From contig JASTWF010000035.1 of NCBI GenBank assembly GCA_030390025.1, forward strand, positions 558,001-622,000: a DNA stretch of 64,000 nt, in the 5' to 3' direction. The DNA is from Squalus acanthias (lineage: Eukaryota). A model generated the notes under the pieces. The model was given only the letters and a program-made list of their open reading frames with translations. It was not told where the DNA came from and ran no database searches. Of the stretch, positions 22,301 to 30,193 are shown one piece after another. Every line of letters begins with the position of its first letter. The stretch's first letter is position 1. Made by a program: the position numbers and the translations under genes.

Positions 22301-23899
22301 TAATACCCTGGATGAATAGACAACCGGCCTCAGCTTGCCGTGACGCTCTTGGAGCAGCACGGCGCTTAAGCTGTCTCCGCTGGCAGCTACCTCCAGGAAA
22401 AACTCCTTCCCCCCATCTATGGCCCCTAAGGCTGGCGCGGTCTGCAGATCCCTTTTTAACTTCTCGAAGGCTGCTTGGCAGCCCTCGTCCCAAAACCACT
22501 CCACCCCCTTATGGAGGAGTCGGAGGAGCGGCGCCGCTGTGGCCGCATAATCTTCGATAAAATCCCTGCAGTAACCGGTCAGTCCCAAGAAGGACCTCAC
22601 ACCCCTCACGTTGTTGGGAATCGGTAATTCTTGCACCGACTCCCTCCTTGCTTTGTCTATGGCTCTTTCCCCAGCGCGTATGGTCAGTCCCAGGAATTTT
22701 ACTTCCCGCTGACCGATACGTGCTTTCTTAGGGTTTATTTTAAAACCCTTTCTCGCTAACAGCTCCAATAACTCGTCCAGTAGTGGTCCGTGCTCCTCCT
22801 TTGAGTCCGTAAATAGGAGCAAATCATCCACATACTGTACTATCTGATTGGGCTGACTAAACTCCTTTAAACTTCCTGCCATACACTGATGAAAAATACT
22901 GGGGCTATTGTGGAAACCCTGTGGCAGACAGTTCCATGTGTACTGTTGTCCTTTGAAAGTAAAGGCAAACTTGTACTGGTCCTCTCGCCGCAGCGGGATG
23001 GACCAAAAACCGTTCGAGATATCCAGCACCGTGAACGTGGTCGCGGACGCTGGGATGCTCCCTATTAGGTCAGCAACTGCTGCTACTGTGGGCGCGCAGG
23101 CGGGAATGTTACTGTTAAGGACTCTGTAGTCCACCGTGGCTCTCCACGAATTATCCGGCTTCCTAACCGGCCATAATGGGGAGTTCACGTGTGTGGCTAT
23201 CGGCCTCAACACGCCCTGCTGCACCAAGGAAGACATTGCTGTCTCCATATCGGGTTCTGCTTCTTTGGGGAAGTTATACTGCTTTTGGGGTCGGGTCATG
23301 GGGTCCCCATCTACGCTGACCTCAAACCCGACCACTCTCCCACAATCGTGCTTGTGGGTTGCAAACGCGTGCATATTATCTGACACGTACGTTTGCATGT
23401 CCGTTGGGACATCTGCGACCATAAGCCTGAGGTCGTAGCCTCCGGATGGCTGTACGGTACACAGGACCCCTGTTTCTTCCTCCCCCGGAATCACTATTAC
23501 CTCGCCTTTTTCACCTTTAGCCCCCCAGAGACAGTGATTTCTGAGGTCCACGAGGATCCCGTGTCCCGCTAGGAGATCGGACCCAAGAATACCTCTTCCA
23601 CCCCCCTTTTGCCATGCCATCAGTATACACTTCCACTTAAGGCGAAGTGTTCCTAAACGAATGGATAGCGGAAGGGAAAACGTGCCAGCCTGTTCTTTTC
23701 CTGTGAACCCTGCTAACGTGAATGGGACCTTGGTAGATAGCGGCGAGTCAAAAGGGTTATCTGTATGGATTATGGTGCAAGAAGCTCCCGTGTCCAACAA
23801 ATAACTACCCTTCTGTTTCTCTACCTCCATCTCCACCACAGGTCGCCTCCACGCATCATAGCTAAGCGGACACAGGTAGACGGGCTGTGCTGGTTCTAG
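19376..23899 (-). CDS. pol: ERV-B Pol (1507 aa after the gag stop): PR, RT, degenerate RNase H, active RNase H, integrase, ~270-aa tail
   Basis: DTGA; LPQG and YVDD; YVDGS..QAEL..SDS..KAHS..GNRQAD; HHCC; IDYIGP..SDQG..VERMN; GPY; same frame as gag. Confidence 0.95.
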   Translation of the reverse strand, partial: LEPAQPVYLCPLSYDAWRRPVVEMEVEKQKGSYLLDTGASCTIIHTDNPFDSPLSTKVPFTLAGFTGKEQAGTFSLPLSIRLGTLRLKWKCILMAWQKGGGRGILGSDLLAGHGILVDLRNHCLWGAKGEKGEVIVIPGEEETGVLCTVQPSGGYDLRLMVADVPTDMQTYVSDNMHAFATHKHDCGRVVGFEVSVDGDPMTRPQKQYNFPKEAEPDMETAMSSLVQQGVLRPIATHVNSPLWPVRKPDNSWRATVDYRVLNSNIPACAPTVAAVADLIGSIPASATTFTVLDISNGFWSIPLRREDQYKFAFTFKGQQYTWNCLPQGFHNSPSIFHQCMAGSLKEFSQPNQIVQYVDDLLLFTDSKEEHGPLLDELLELLARKGFKINPKKARIGQREVKFLGLTIRAGERAIDKARRESVQELPIPNNVRGVRSFLGLTGYCRDFIEDYAATAAPLLRLLHKGVEWFWDEGCQAAFEKLKRDLQTAPALGAIDGGKEFFLEVAASGDSLSAVLLQERHGKLRPVVYSSRVLTDVERSFSNCERHLLATHWAVKRSAIFTGLSPITLLTHHTPTKMLLDGRIKDGTVSSARIARWTLLLSQLDLRVKGLCEPRLAANLVYPGTAHRCSVEGVWDVNIGLRAGIHPTGREIYVDGSSTVSAGERLTGCGVYDPAADLALAIKLPSTMSAQQAELSAVVYVVTHPDIFPTPYTICSDSMFTCNSCTEYLAIWSRRGYTSADGRPLTVKPLLEKILAAAVGEKGEIFIHKVKAHSSTEPRGEGNRQADALAREGARDGTFWNPYRTGPIAAVRGGDGNPGNPRVALPLDLKTVQAQDPALKAVLKTIAEGRQVEGPYSTATLSVKEGMLFREEQWVVPQQHRREFLQLAHEGPGAGHPGPEVTWQRVEQAGWWPGLREQVREFCANCLVCAANNPDPQKRKVPMGHVRRVEGPWQSIQIDYIGPLPTTQGGYKYCLVLVDVFSKWVEAFPCRTATALGTAKILVREVFSRWGLPRFVESDQGSHFTGQVMQNTLMLLGIEGKWHVAHNPQSSGIVERMNRTLKEKLRKETRNSPQKWAEVLPLVLMGVRASQSKSTGYSPHEVMTGRLMRTPTHVLAPVLTEGQLQEISRDKFAQTLLERLKQVYEQAAGNMGRQHQRNRLLLEPRKTREWEVGDQVMVRNYARVGSLEPLYMGPYNIVDKASPMVYAVKVPRRTKWFHINQCKLYQPGAQGKTTGVNPANGKAQPQVGPQGTQAGIAACIRGRDIPDDHAAFFWNWGLDEEEFRVPWSDEDSADEHSDDDGWFLRNGLEGMGAVGRDPHRVDTQAAGPEDRREELEEAGPAAIGAQRVPVWLPEMWPPALNVQSSGEAEITSEGPPAGPSRAEPRTASPEVREAESAEAEPATVMEPQVIPMEVSEPGPSVTEPPPIATPRRSSREPQPRRMWSCPQTAPRRKFKVKITQVQTGHIAAVTGCGRSEGRVSAATGCGRSEGRVSALPPSGRARSSLLRI

Positions 23900-23902
23900 T
23901 CA
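23896..23902 (-). promoter_or_regulatory. gag-pol stop-codon readthrough signal UGA-CUAG
   Basis: CCA TGA CTA GAA; pol is open in the same frame; same context in ERV-A (13329-13335) and ERV-C (39898-39904). Confidence 0.8.
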
Positions 23903-25711
23903 TGGGGTGCTATTAGACGGTCCTGCGGCACCTACGGGGCCGGTTGCGACCGCCACCTGTCCACGCGCATTCAAGACCAGCTTGCGCATGGCTCCTAACA
24001 CTGCTTCGAGGTCGTCGGGAGGGGTGGGTGCCTTGGCTTCCTTAGCCGGGACAGGCGCCTGGGCTCGGACCGCGGGATTTTTATCCTTGGAATCCTTCCA
24101 AGGGTTCCTGCAATGCTTGCGCCAGTGCCCTGTCTTCCCACACCCGTAACAAGCATTACTTGCCTGTGGGGCGCGATTACCCTCCTGATGCCACTCTCTT
24201 TGATACGGGGCTGCGGGTCGTACCTCATGTACTCTTCCCTTAAGGGGACGTGTTGCCATACCCCTTATATTGCGATAACCTAACGTGAGTCGATTCAAGA
24301 CCGACTCTTCCGTAATGTTGGGGTCATTGGGATCAAACCATGCTTTTGCCTGCTCTCTAACGGCTGGTAAACTGTTGGCTATTATGCACCTAAGCCAATG
24401 AGTTAAAGCTAAACCTTCCACATCTTCGCGCTCGGGCGCACCTAGACAGCTGCGCTCATATACTGGCCACAGCCTGTCGGCAAAAACCTTCGGGGGTTCT
24501 CCCTCCATCTGCACTGTCTGTCCCACTCTAGCAAACGGACCTTCGTCGTTCGCCCCCAACACTTCCAGGACCTCATTCTTTAATTCCTCATAACTCTTGG
24601 TTCCCCTCTTGCTCTCGCCTGAGAGACACTGAAGGACCGAGCTGTCTAATGAGAACAGCAGCATTTTTGCTGTCTCCCCATCATCGCAGCCGTTAATGGC
24701 TGCGGCTTGCTCAACTTCTCTGAAATGTACGGAAGGGTCGTCTGCCTCGGTCAGCTTCCGTACGTGATTTATCATAGCTCTCAGCTGATGTGAACTGTGA
24801 GGCAACACCAGCTGTCCGAGGAGATCCCCCGGTTCTTCCCCACCGTTTCTGCTTGGGCCCCTTTTAATACCCGTTACTGGATACAACGATCCCTTTTCTA
24901 CTTCCTTTTCAATGGGCTCTTTTGTTTCTTCCATTGCTTCCTCCCTAACCCAGGTTTCTGAATAGCTGGGTGGCGCGGAGGGCGCAGTGGCTACTACTTC
25001 TTCTGCTTTACTTGGTGGGGATTTTCTAAATCTCTCATTTACTAGCGGCTGGTGCGCCGACGGATTGATAAGGCACACCATGCCGTTCGCATTGTTCACG
25101 GCCTTTTTGAGGTGCTCTATCTCCCTTTGGCAGGCGCTATGATCGGCTCCCTGAAACTTATCCTCAAGGGCCAACTTATATGCCGCCCTAACCCCCATTA
25201 AGCTCTCTTCTCGAGTTCTTATCTGGGCAGCTTGGCGGTTACATCTTTCCTTTAACCTGCTCTCATTCAACTTCGCCTCAGTGACCTGGCACTCGAGATA
25301 ATCTATCCTTGTTTTAAGGTGACTGGAGACTTCCTGGCTTTCTTGGTGTAACTCATTTAAATTCTTAATGAGCACCTCCCCTCCAGAAACCTTCTCCTCC
25401 ATTTCTCCCTCTAAATGACTGATTCGAGCTGCTAGCGCTGTAATGGTCTGGTTGGAAATCTGAACCTGCCTTTTGTAACACATAAGCCAGACTGCTTTCT
25501 CAAGTGTCTTTTTATGTTCTTTACTATCCGTCCACCTTTCAGCTGCCTCTAGTGGGCTCTTATCCGCTAACAATTCACTTATCCATTTCTTAGTTAGATT
25601 AACCTTTCCAAACACATAATCCGCTATCTTTTCCTGCATAACATTTCGTACAGTCATTCCAAAATCTAACACACTACCCTCTCGCTGCCAGTGTCCTGCC
25701 GCGGTCGCCAT
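23900..25711 (-). CDS. gag: ERV-B Gag, 603 aa (coiled coil, PSAPPSY late domain, capsid-like region, one CCHC knuckle)
   Basis: ATG in strong context AAAATGG (MATAAGHW), conserved in ERV-A, B and C; CYGCGKTGHWRKHC. Confidence 0.9.
   Translation of the reverse strand: MATAAGHWQREGSVLDFGMTVRNVMQEKIADYVFGKVNLTKKWISELLADKSPLEAAERWTDSKEHKKTLEKAVWLMCYKRQVQISNQTITALAARISHLEGEMEEKVSGGEVLIKNLNELHQESQEVSSHLKTRIDYLECQVTEAKLNESRLKERCNRQAAQIRTREESLMGVRAAYKLALEDKFQGADHSACQREIEHLKKAVNNANGMVCLINPSAHQPLVNERFRKSPPSKAEEVVATAPSAPPSYSETWVREEAMEETKEPIEKEVEKGSLYPVTGIKRGPSRNGGEEPGDLLGQLVLPHSSHQLRAMINHVRKLTEADDPSVHFREVEQAAAINGCDDGETAKMLLFSLDSSVLQCLSGESKRGTKSYEELKNEVLEVLGANDEGPFARVGQTVQMEGEPPKVFADRLWPVYERSCLGAPEREDVEGLALTHWLRCIIANSLPAVREQAKAWFDPNDPNITEESVLNRLTLGYRNIRGMATRPLKGRVHEVRPAAPYQREWHQEGNRAPQASNACYGCGKTGHWRKHCRNPWKDSKDKNPAVRAQAPVPAKEAKAPTPPDDLEAVLGAMRKLVLNARGQVAVATGPVGAAGPSNSTP
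25693..25710 (-). other. Primer binding site, probably tRNA-Arg(UCG)
   Basis: TGGCGACCGCGGCAGGAC is complementary to ...GTCCTGCCGCGGTCG-CCA, the vertebrate tRNA-Arg(TCG) 3' end as I recall it; identical at 28474-28491 and 41694-41711. Confidence 0.8.
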
Positions 25712-25715
25712 TTTC

Positions 25716-27430
25716 TGTAAGGGATTCCTGACCCTGCGTGTCTCGCAGCCTGTGAGATTCACGCGGCTCTGTGCAGCCTGTATGTCAGTGCGGGTCTAGG
25801 CCTTGTTGCCTGTTCTGGTCTCCAGCCAGTCTGGGAACACTAGACACACCTGTGAGTGGTTCGAATCACTCTCCCTTACGGTTCTAGACAATGGACTTAG
25901 ATGCGAGAGCAGTAATGGAGATAAAACTCATGTAGACTTGGTTTGAATGGTACGAAATGGAAAATCTTTATTGCATGATACTTAAGATTATGAAATACAT
26001 GTCATAAGCACAGATTAATGACAGTACAATCTTACAAACAGTTATATAGTCGATCTTAGGGAAACGAGGAACGAACGGCACAAAATAAATAGGGGCACAC
26101 ATTACAAATATCCTTAATCCTTAAACCCTCCCCTATCAATATCTATCCTAAACTAGATTCGTAGGATCTCGAGACTCATGCTCACCACTCGTGATAACTC
26201 GGAGAAATTCCGAATAGCTGATCGGATGTTTTTCACCGCAGCACCCACGTGTCGGTCAGGAGATCTCCTGGTCCCACTTGTTTACTTGCTTCTGCTGCTC
26301 CGGCTAGCAGGCTGGACCGTCTGCTGTGATGAAGACCTGTGTTGGTTGGTTTAACAGGTACTCTTGGAGCACAGTTATCGATATCGTCGCTACGATATGT
26401 TTGCACGTTCCAGTTGCTTTGGGCACAGTCCAGTTATCATCGATGCAATATGTTTCGTTATAAGTTCAAAAGAGAAATCTTCCTGGCGAGGAAAACTTGG
26501 CTAATCGACCTACAGGCGCGGTCGGGATTTACTGACCGTGGCGATGGATATGGTCTTCCTCTCTTCTCATCTCATCTCATCTCATCTCATCTCATCTCGG
26601 GCCTTCGGTTCCGCTGCCAGTTACCAACATAGGTCTTCGTTACGCGACACGAGGTAGATCCGAACGGATCAGAAAGTTCAACAGTCTTTTTAGAAGAGGC
26701 AACAGGCAAGCAGAAGCCCAACTACGAGTACACAGGAGCAGCCACGAGGTTACGAATCGACCGGATAAAAGCACAGGAGCAAGAGCAAGAGCAAGAGAGA
26801 GAATGGACGGTTTGGAGCCTGCAATTATAGTGCAAAATCTTCCGTTTCCCGCCCAACTATAATGTCCATTCTTTTGTTTAGGGTTTGGCGCCCAAATGTC
26901 TTGTATGGGTGATCTCCGTTCTTAATGGGTTTCGGGGCTACTCGTAAATGTCTGAGTACCTGTTAATATTTCTCCCATTGTTAAATCGGTCGGTGTTCTC
27001 CCTGGAGGGGTTTGGGGCTTCCAAGTGTCCTGTATAACTACCTGCTAACGGCTCTCTCATCGTAGAGTCGTTGGGATTTTACATATTAATGTCTTTTGGA
27101 TGGGCCCTTGATTACTCGGTACAATGGCTTTCCTTTGTACCTGGGAGACCGATTTCAGTATCTATGTGTATACTGCAAACCCATAATGTCTCGTGTATTA
27201 TCTTCACTGTGCTGAATCTTAATCGATCTTGCACAAATGTTTATTGGAACGCCATCTTGTCTGCCTGTTGAAAAGTCTAGAATGTTCTGTCACGAGGTGC
27301 GGCGGCCATTTTACAGGCTGCTTGTGTCCACTTTAAACTTGCCAGCATTCTACTGAAATAAAAGCTGTTCGAACGAAACTTTGTGTTTTCTCCTTATTAA
27401 TCAAAATCGCGATATATTGCGAATTCTACA
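25716..27430 (-). repeat. ERV-B 5' LTR
   Basis: 1715 bp, adjacent to the PBS; contains an (ATCTC)n microsatellite. Confidence 0.95.
26800..26856 (-). promoter_or_regulatory. Candidate LTR core promoter (GC box, ETS-like site, TATA-like, Inr)
   Basis: Minus strand TGGGCGGGAAACGGAAG...CTATAATT, then CCATTCTC ~25 nt later; largely conserved in the other LTRs. Confidence 0.5.
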
Positions 27431-27519
27431 GATCGGCCCCCTGAAATTTATCCTCAAGGGCCAACTTATATGCCGCCCTAACCCCCGTTAAGCTCTCTTC
27501 CTGGGTTCTTATCTGGGCA

Positions 27520-28006
27520 ACAGAAAACGCTGGAAAAACTCAGCAGGCCAGGCAGCATCCGTGGAGAGAGAAAGAGAGTTAACGTTTCAGGTCGATGACC
27601 TTTCATCAGAACTGGGAAGAGCCGGAAATCAAATAGATTTAAGGCCAGGGTAAAGCTGGGAAAAGGGGGAGGGGATAAAGGAACAAAGGGGGAGATGTAG
27701 AGACATTAAGAGACATTAAGAGATATGCAAGGCTAGAGGTGGTGTTAATGTGACAGATTAAGGCTGAATGAAGTGTGAAATCCACTGGCAGAATGAAGGA
27801 CAGCTGCCAGCTTCTAGGAGGAAAAAAAAGGTGGGGGGGGACAAATAAAAGGGTGGATAAAATAAAATATAAATGTGATTGGAGCTGAGGTTATGATCTA
27901 AAATTGTTGAACTCGATATTGAGTCCAGAGGGCTGTAGCGTGCCTAAACGAAAGATGAGGTGCTGTTCCTCGAGCTTACGCTGAGCTTCCGTGGAACAGT
28001 GTAATA
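27520..28006 (-). mobile_element. Penelope-like 3' fragment inserted in ERV-A gag
   Basis: Encodes RKLEEQHLIFRLGTLQPSGLNIEFNNFRS*; flanked by GGCA at 27516-27519 and 28007-28010; gag resumes on both sides. Confidence 0.8.
27577..27613 (-). ncRNA. Minimal type I hammerhead ribozyme motif
   Basis: AGUU-CUGAUGA-A-AGGUC(AUC)GACCU-GAAA-CG-UU-AACU. Confidence 0.7.
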
Positions 28007-28496
28007 GGCAGCTTGGCGGGCACATCATTCCTTTAGTCTGCCCTCACTTAACTTTGCCTCAGTGACCTGGCACTCGAGGTAATCTATCCTTGTTTTATGG
28101 TGACTGGTGATTTCCTGGCGTTCTTGGTGCAGCGCACTTAAATTCCTAATGAGCAACTCCCCTCCAGAGACCTTCTCATCCATTCCCTCTTCTAAATGCC
28201 TGATCCGAGCTGTTTGCGCTGTAATGACCTGGTTTGAAATCTGGACCTGCCTTTTGTAACACATTAACCAGACTGCTTTCTCGACTGTCTTTTTATGTTC
28301 CTTACTATCTGTCCACCTCTCGGCTGCCTCTAGTGGACTCTTATCCGCTAACAAGTCACTTATCCATTTCTTAGTTAAATTTACCTTTCCGAACACATAA
28401 TCTGCTATCTTTTCCTGCATAACATTTCGTACATTCACACCAAAGTCTAACACACTACCCTCTCGCTGCCAGTGTCCTGCCGCGGTCGCCATTTTC

Positions 28497-30193
28497 TGTA
28501 AGGGTTTCTGACCATCTCTCAGCCTGTGAGATTCGTGTGGCTCTGTGCAGCCCGGGTACTAGTGCGGGTTTAGGCCTTGTTGCCTGTTCTGGTCTCCAGC
28601 CAGTCTGGGAGCACTATACACACCTGTGAGTGGTTCGACCCACTCGCCCTTACGGTTCTAGACACTGGACTTAGATGCGAGAGCAATAATGGAGATGAAA
28701 CTCAGGTAGACTCGGTTGAATGGTACGAAATGGAAAATCTTTATTGCATATTATTCAAGATTACGAAATACATGTCATAAGCACAGATTAATGACAGTAC
28801 AATCTTACACGCAGTTATGTGACTAATTTCAGGGAAACGAGGAACGAACGACACATCGTAAATGGGGGCACACATTACAATTATCCTTAATACTTAAAAC
28901 CCTCCCCTATCAATATCTGTCCTAAGCTAGACTCGTAGGATTCGAGACTCATGCTCACCACTCGTGATAACTCGGAGAATTCCGAAAACTCTGATCGGAT
29001 GTTTTTCACCGCAGCGCCCACGTGTCGATCAGGGGGTCTCCTGGCCCCACTTGTTTACTCGTTTCTGCTCCGGCTAGCAGGCTGGAACATCTGCTGTAAT
29101 GAAGATCTGTGTTGTCCTCGGAGTTCCGACTATACTCAAAGAAGAGTCTTCCTGTGCCCTCACACCGGTTCGATAAAATTCGAAAAATAGTCTTCCTGTG
29201 TCAGTTCTGTAGAACTCAAAAGAAGTCTTCCTGGCAAGGAAAATTGTCTATTCGACCTACAGGCGCGGTCAGAGCTTACTGACCGTGGCGATAAGTATGG
29301 TCTTCTTCTCTTTTCATCTCATCTCATCTCATCTCATCTCATCTCGGGCCTTCGGTTCCAACACCGTTTACCGACTTATCGGGATGGTGCGCCCGCTTCA
29401 AGGCTTCAGAGCCCAGTTCTACACAGGTCTTCGCGACACGACCCGGGGTAGATCCGAGCGGATCGTAAAGTTCAACAGTCTTTTGAAAAGAGACACGAGG
29501 CAAGCAGGAACAAGACGGCGAGTCAAGAGCAGCCACGAGGATAAACACCAGCAAGATAAGAGAAAGATGGACGGTTGGAGCTTGTAATTATAGTGCAAAA
29601 TCTTCCGTTTCCCGCCCAACCTTAATGTCTTTTCTTTTGTTAGGGTTTGGCGCTCAAATGTCTTGTATAGGGTGATCTTCGTTTTAATGGGTTTCGGGGC
29701 TACTCGTAAATGTCTGAGTACCTGTTAATATTTCTCCCATTGTTTAATCGGTCGGTGTTCTCCCTGGAGGGGTTTTGGGGCTTCCAAGTGTTTTCTGTAA
29801 CTACCCGCTAACGGCTCTCTCATCGTAGAGTCGTTGGAATTTTACATATTAATGTCTTTGGATGGGCTCTTGATTACTTGGTACAATAGCTTTCATTCGT
29901 ACCTGGGAGACCGATTTCAGTATTTATGTGTATACTGTAAACCCATGATGTCTCGTGTATTATCTTCAATGTGCTGAGTCTTAATCGATCTTGCACAAAT
30001 GTTTATTGGAACGCCATCTTGTCTGCCTGTCGAAAAGTCTAGAATGTTCCGCCACGAGGTGCGGCGGCCATTTTACAAGCTGCTTGTGTCCACTTTGAAA
30101 CCTGACAGCATTCTGCTGAAATAAAAGCTGTTTCAACGAAACTCTGTGTTTTTCTCCTTATTAATAAAATCGCGATATATTGCGAATTCTACA
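28497..30193 (-). repeat. ERV-A 5' LTR (diverged subtype)
   Basis: TGTA...TACA, homologous to the ERV-B LTR with many substitutions and indels; directly abuts the satellite. Confidence 0.9.

Larger units (their letters stand above)
14572..27430 (-). mobile_element. ERV-B: complete 12,859-bp lokiretrovirus-like provirus
   Basis: Two 1715-bp LTRs (TGTA...TACA), TSD GATC at 14568-14571 and 27431-27434, PBS, PPT, open gag, pol and env. Confidence 0.95.
27431..28492 (-). pseudogene. gag: ERV-A gag, 5' part (premature TGA at 28025-28027, Penelope insertion)
   Basis: MATAAGHW...RLKE* aligns with ERV-B Gag. Confidence 0.9.
12199..30193 (-). mobile_element. ERV-A: decayed provirus (5' LTR, gag, 5' pol), 3' half missing, interrupted by ERV-B and a Penelope fragment
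   Basis: LTR 28497-30193, PBS 28474-28491, gag pieces 28492-28007, 27519-27431 and 14571-13333, pol to ~12199, all collinear with ERV-B. Confidence 0.9.

Noticed and set aside
25712..25762. Gag extension MNLTG... starting in U5
   Set aside because: GTG start, and U5 indels shift this frame in other LTR variants
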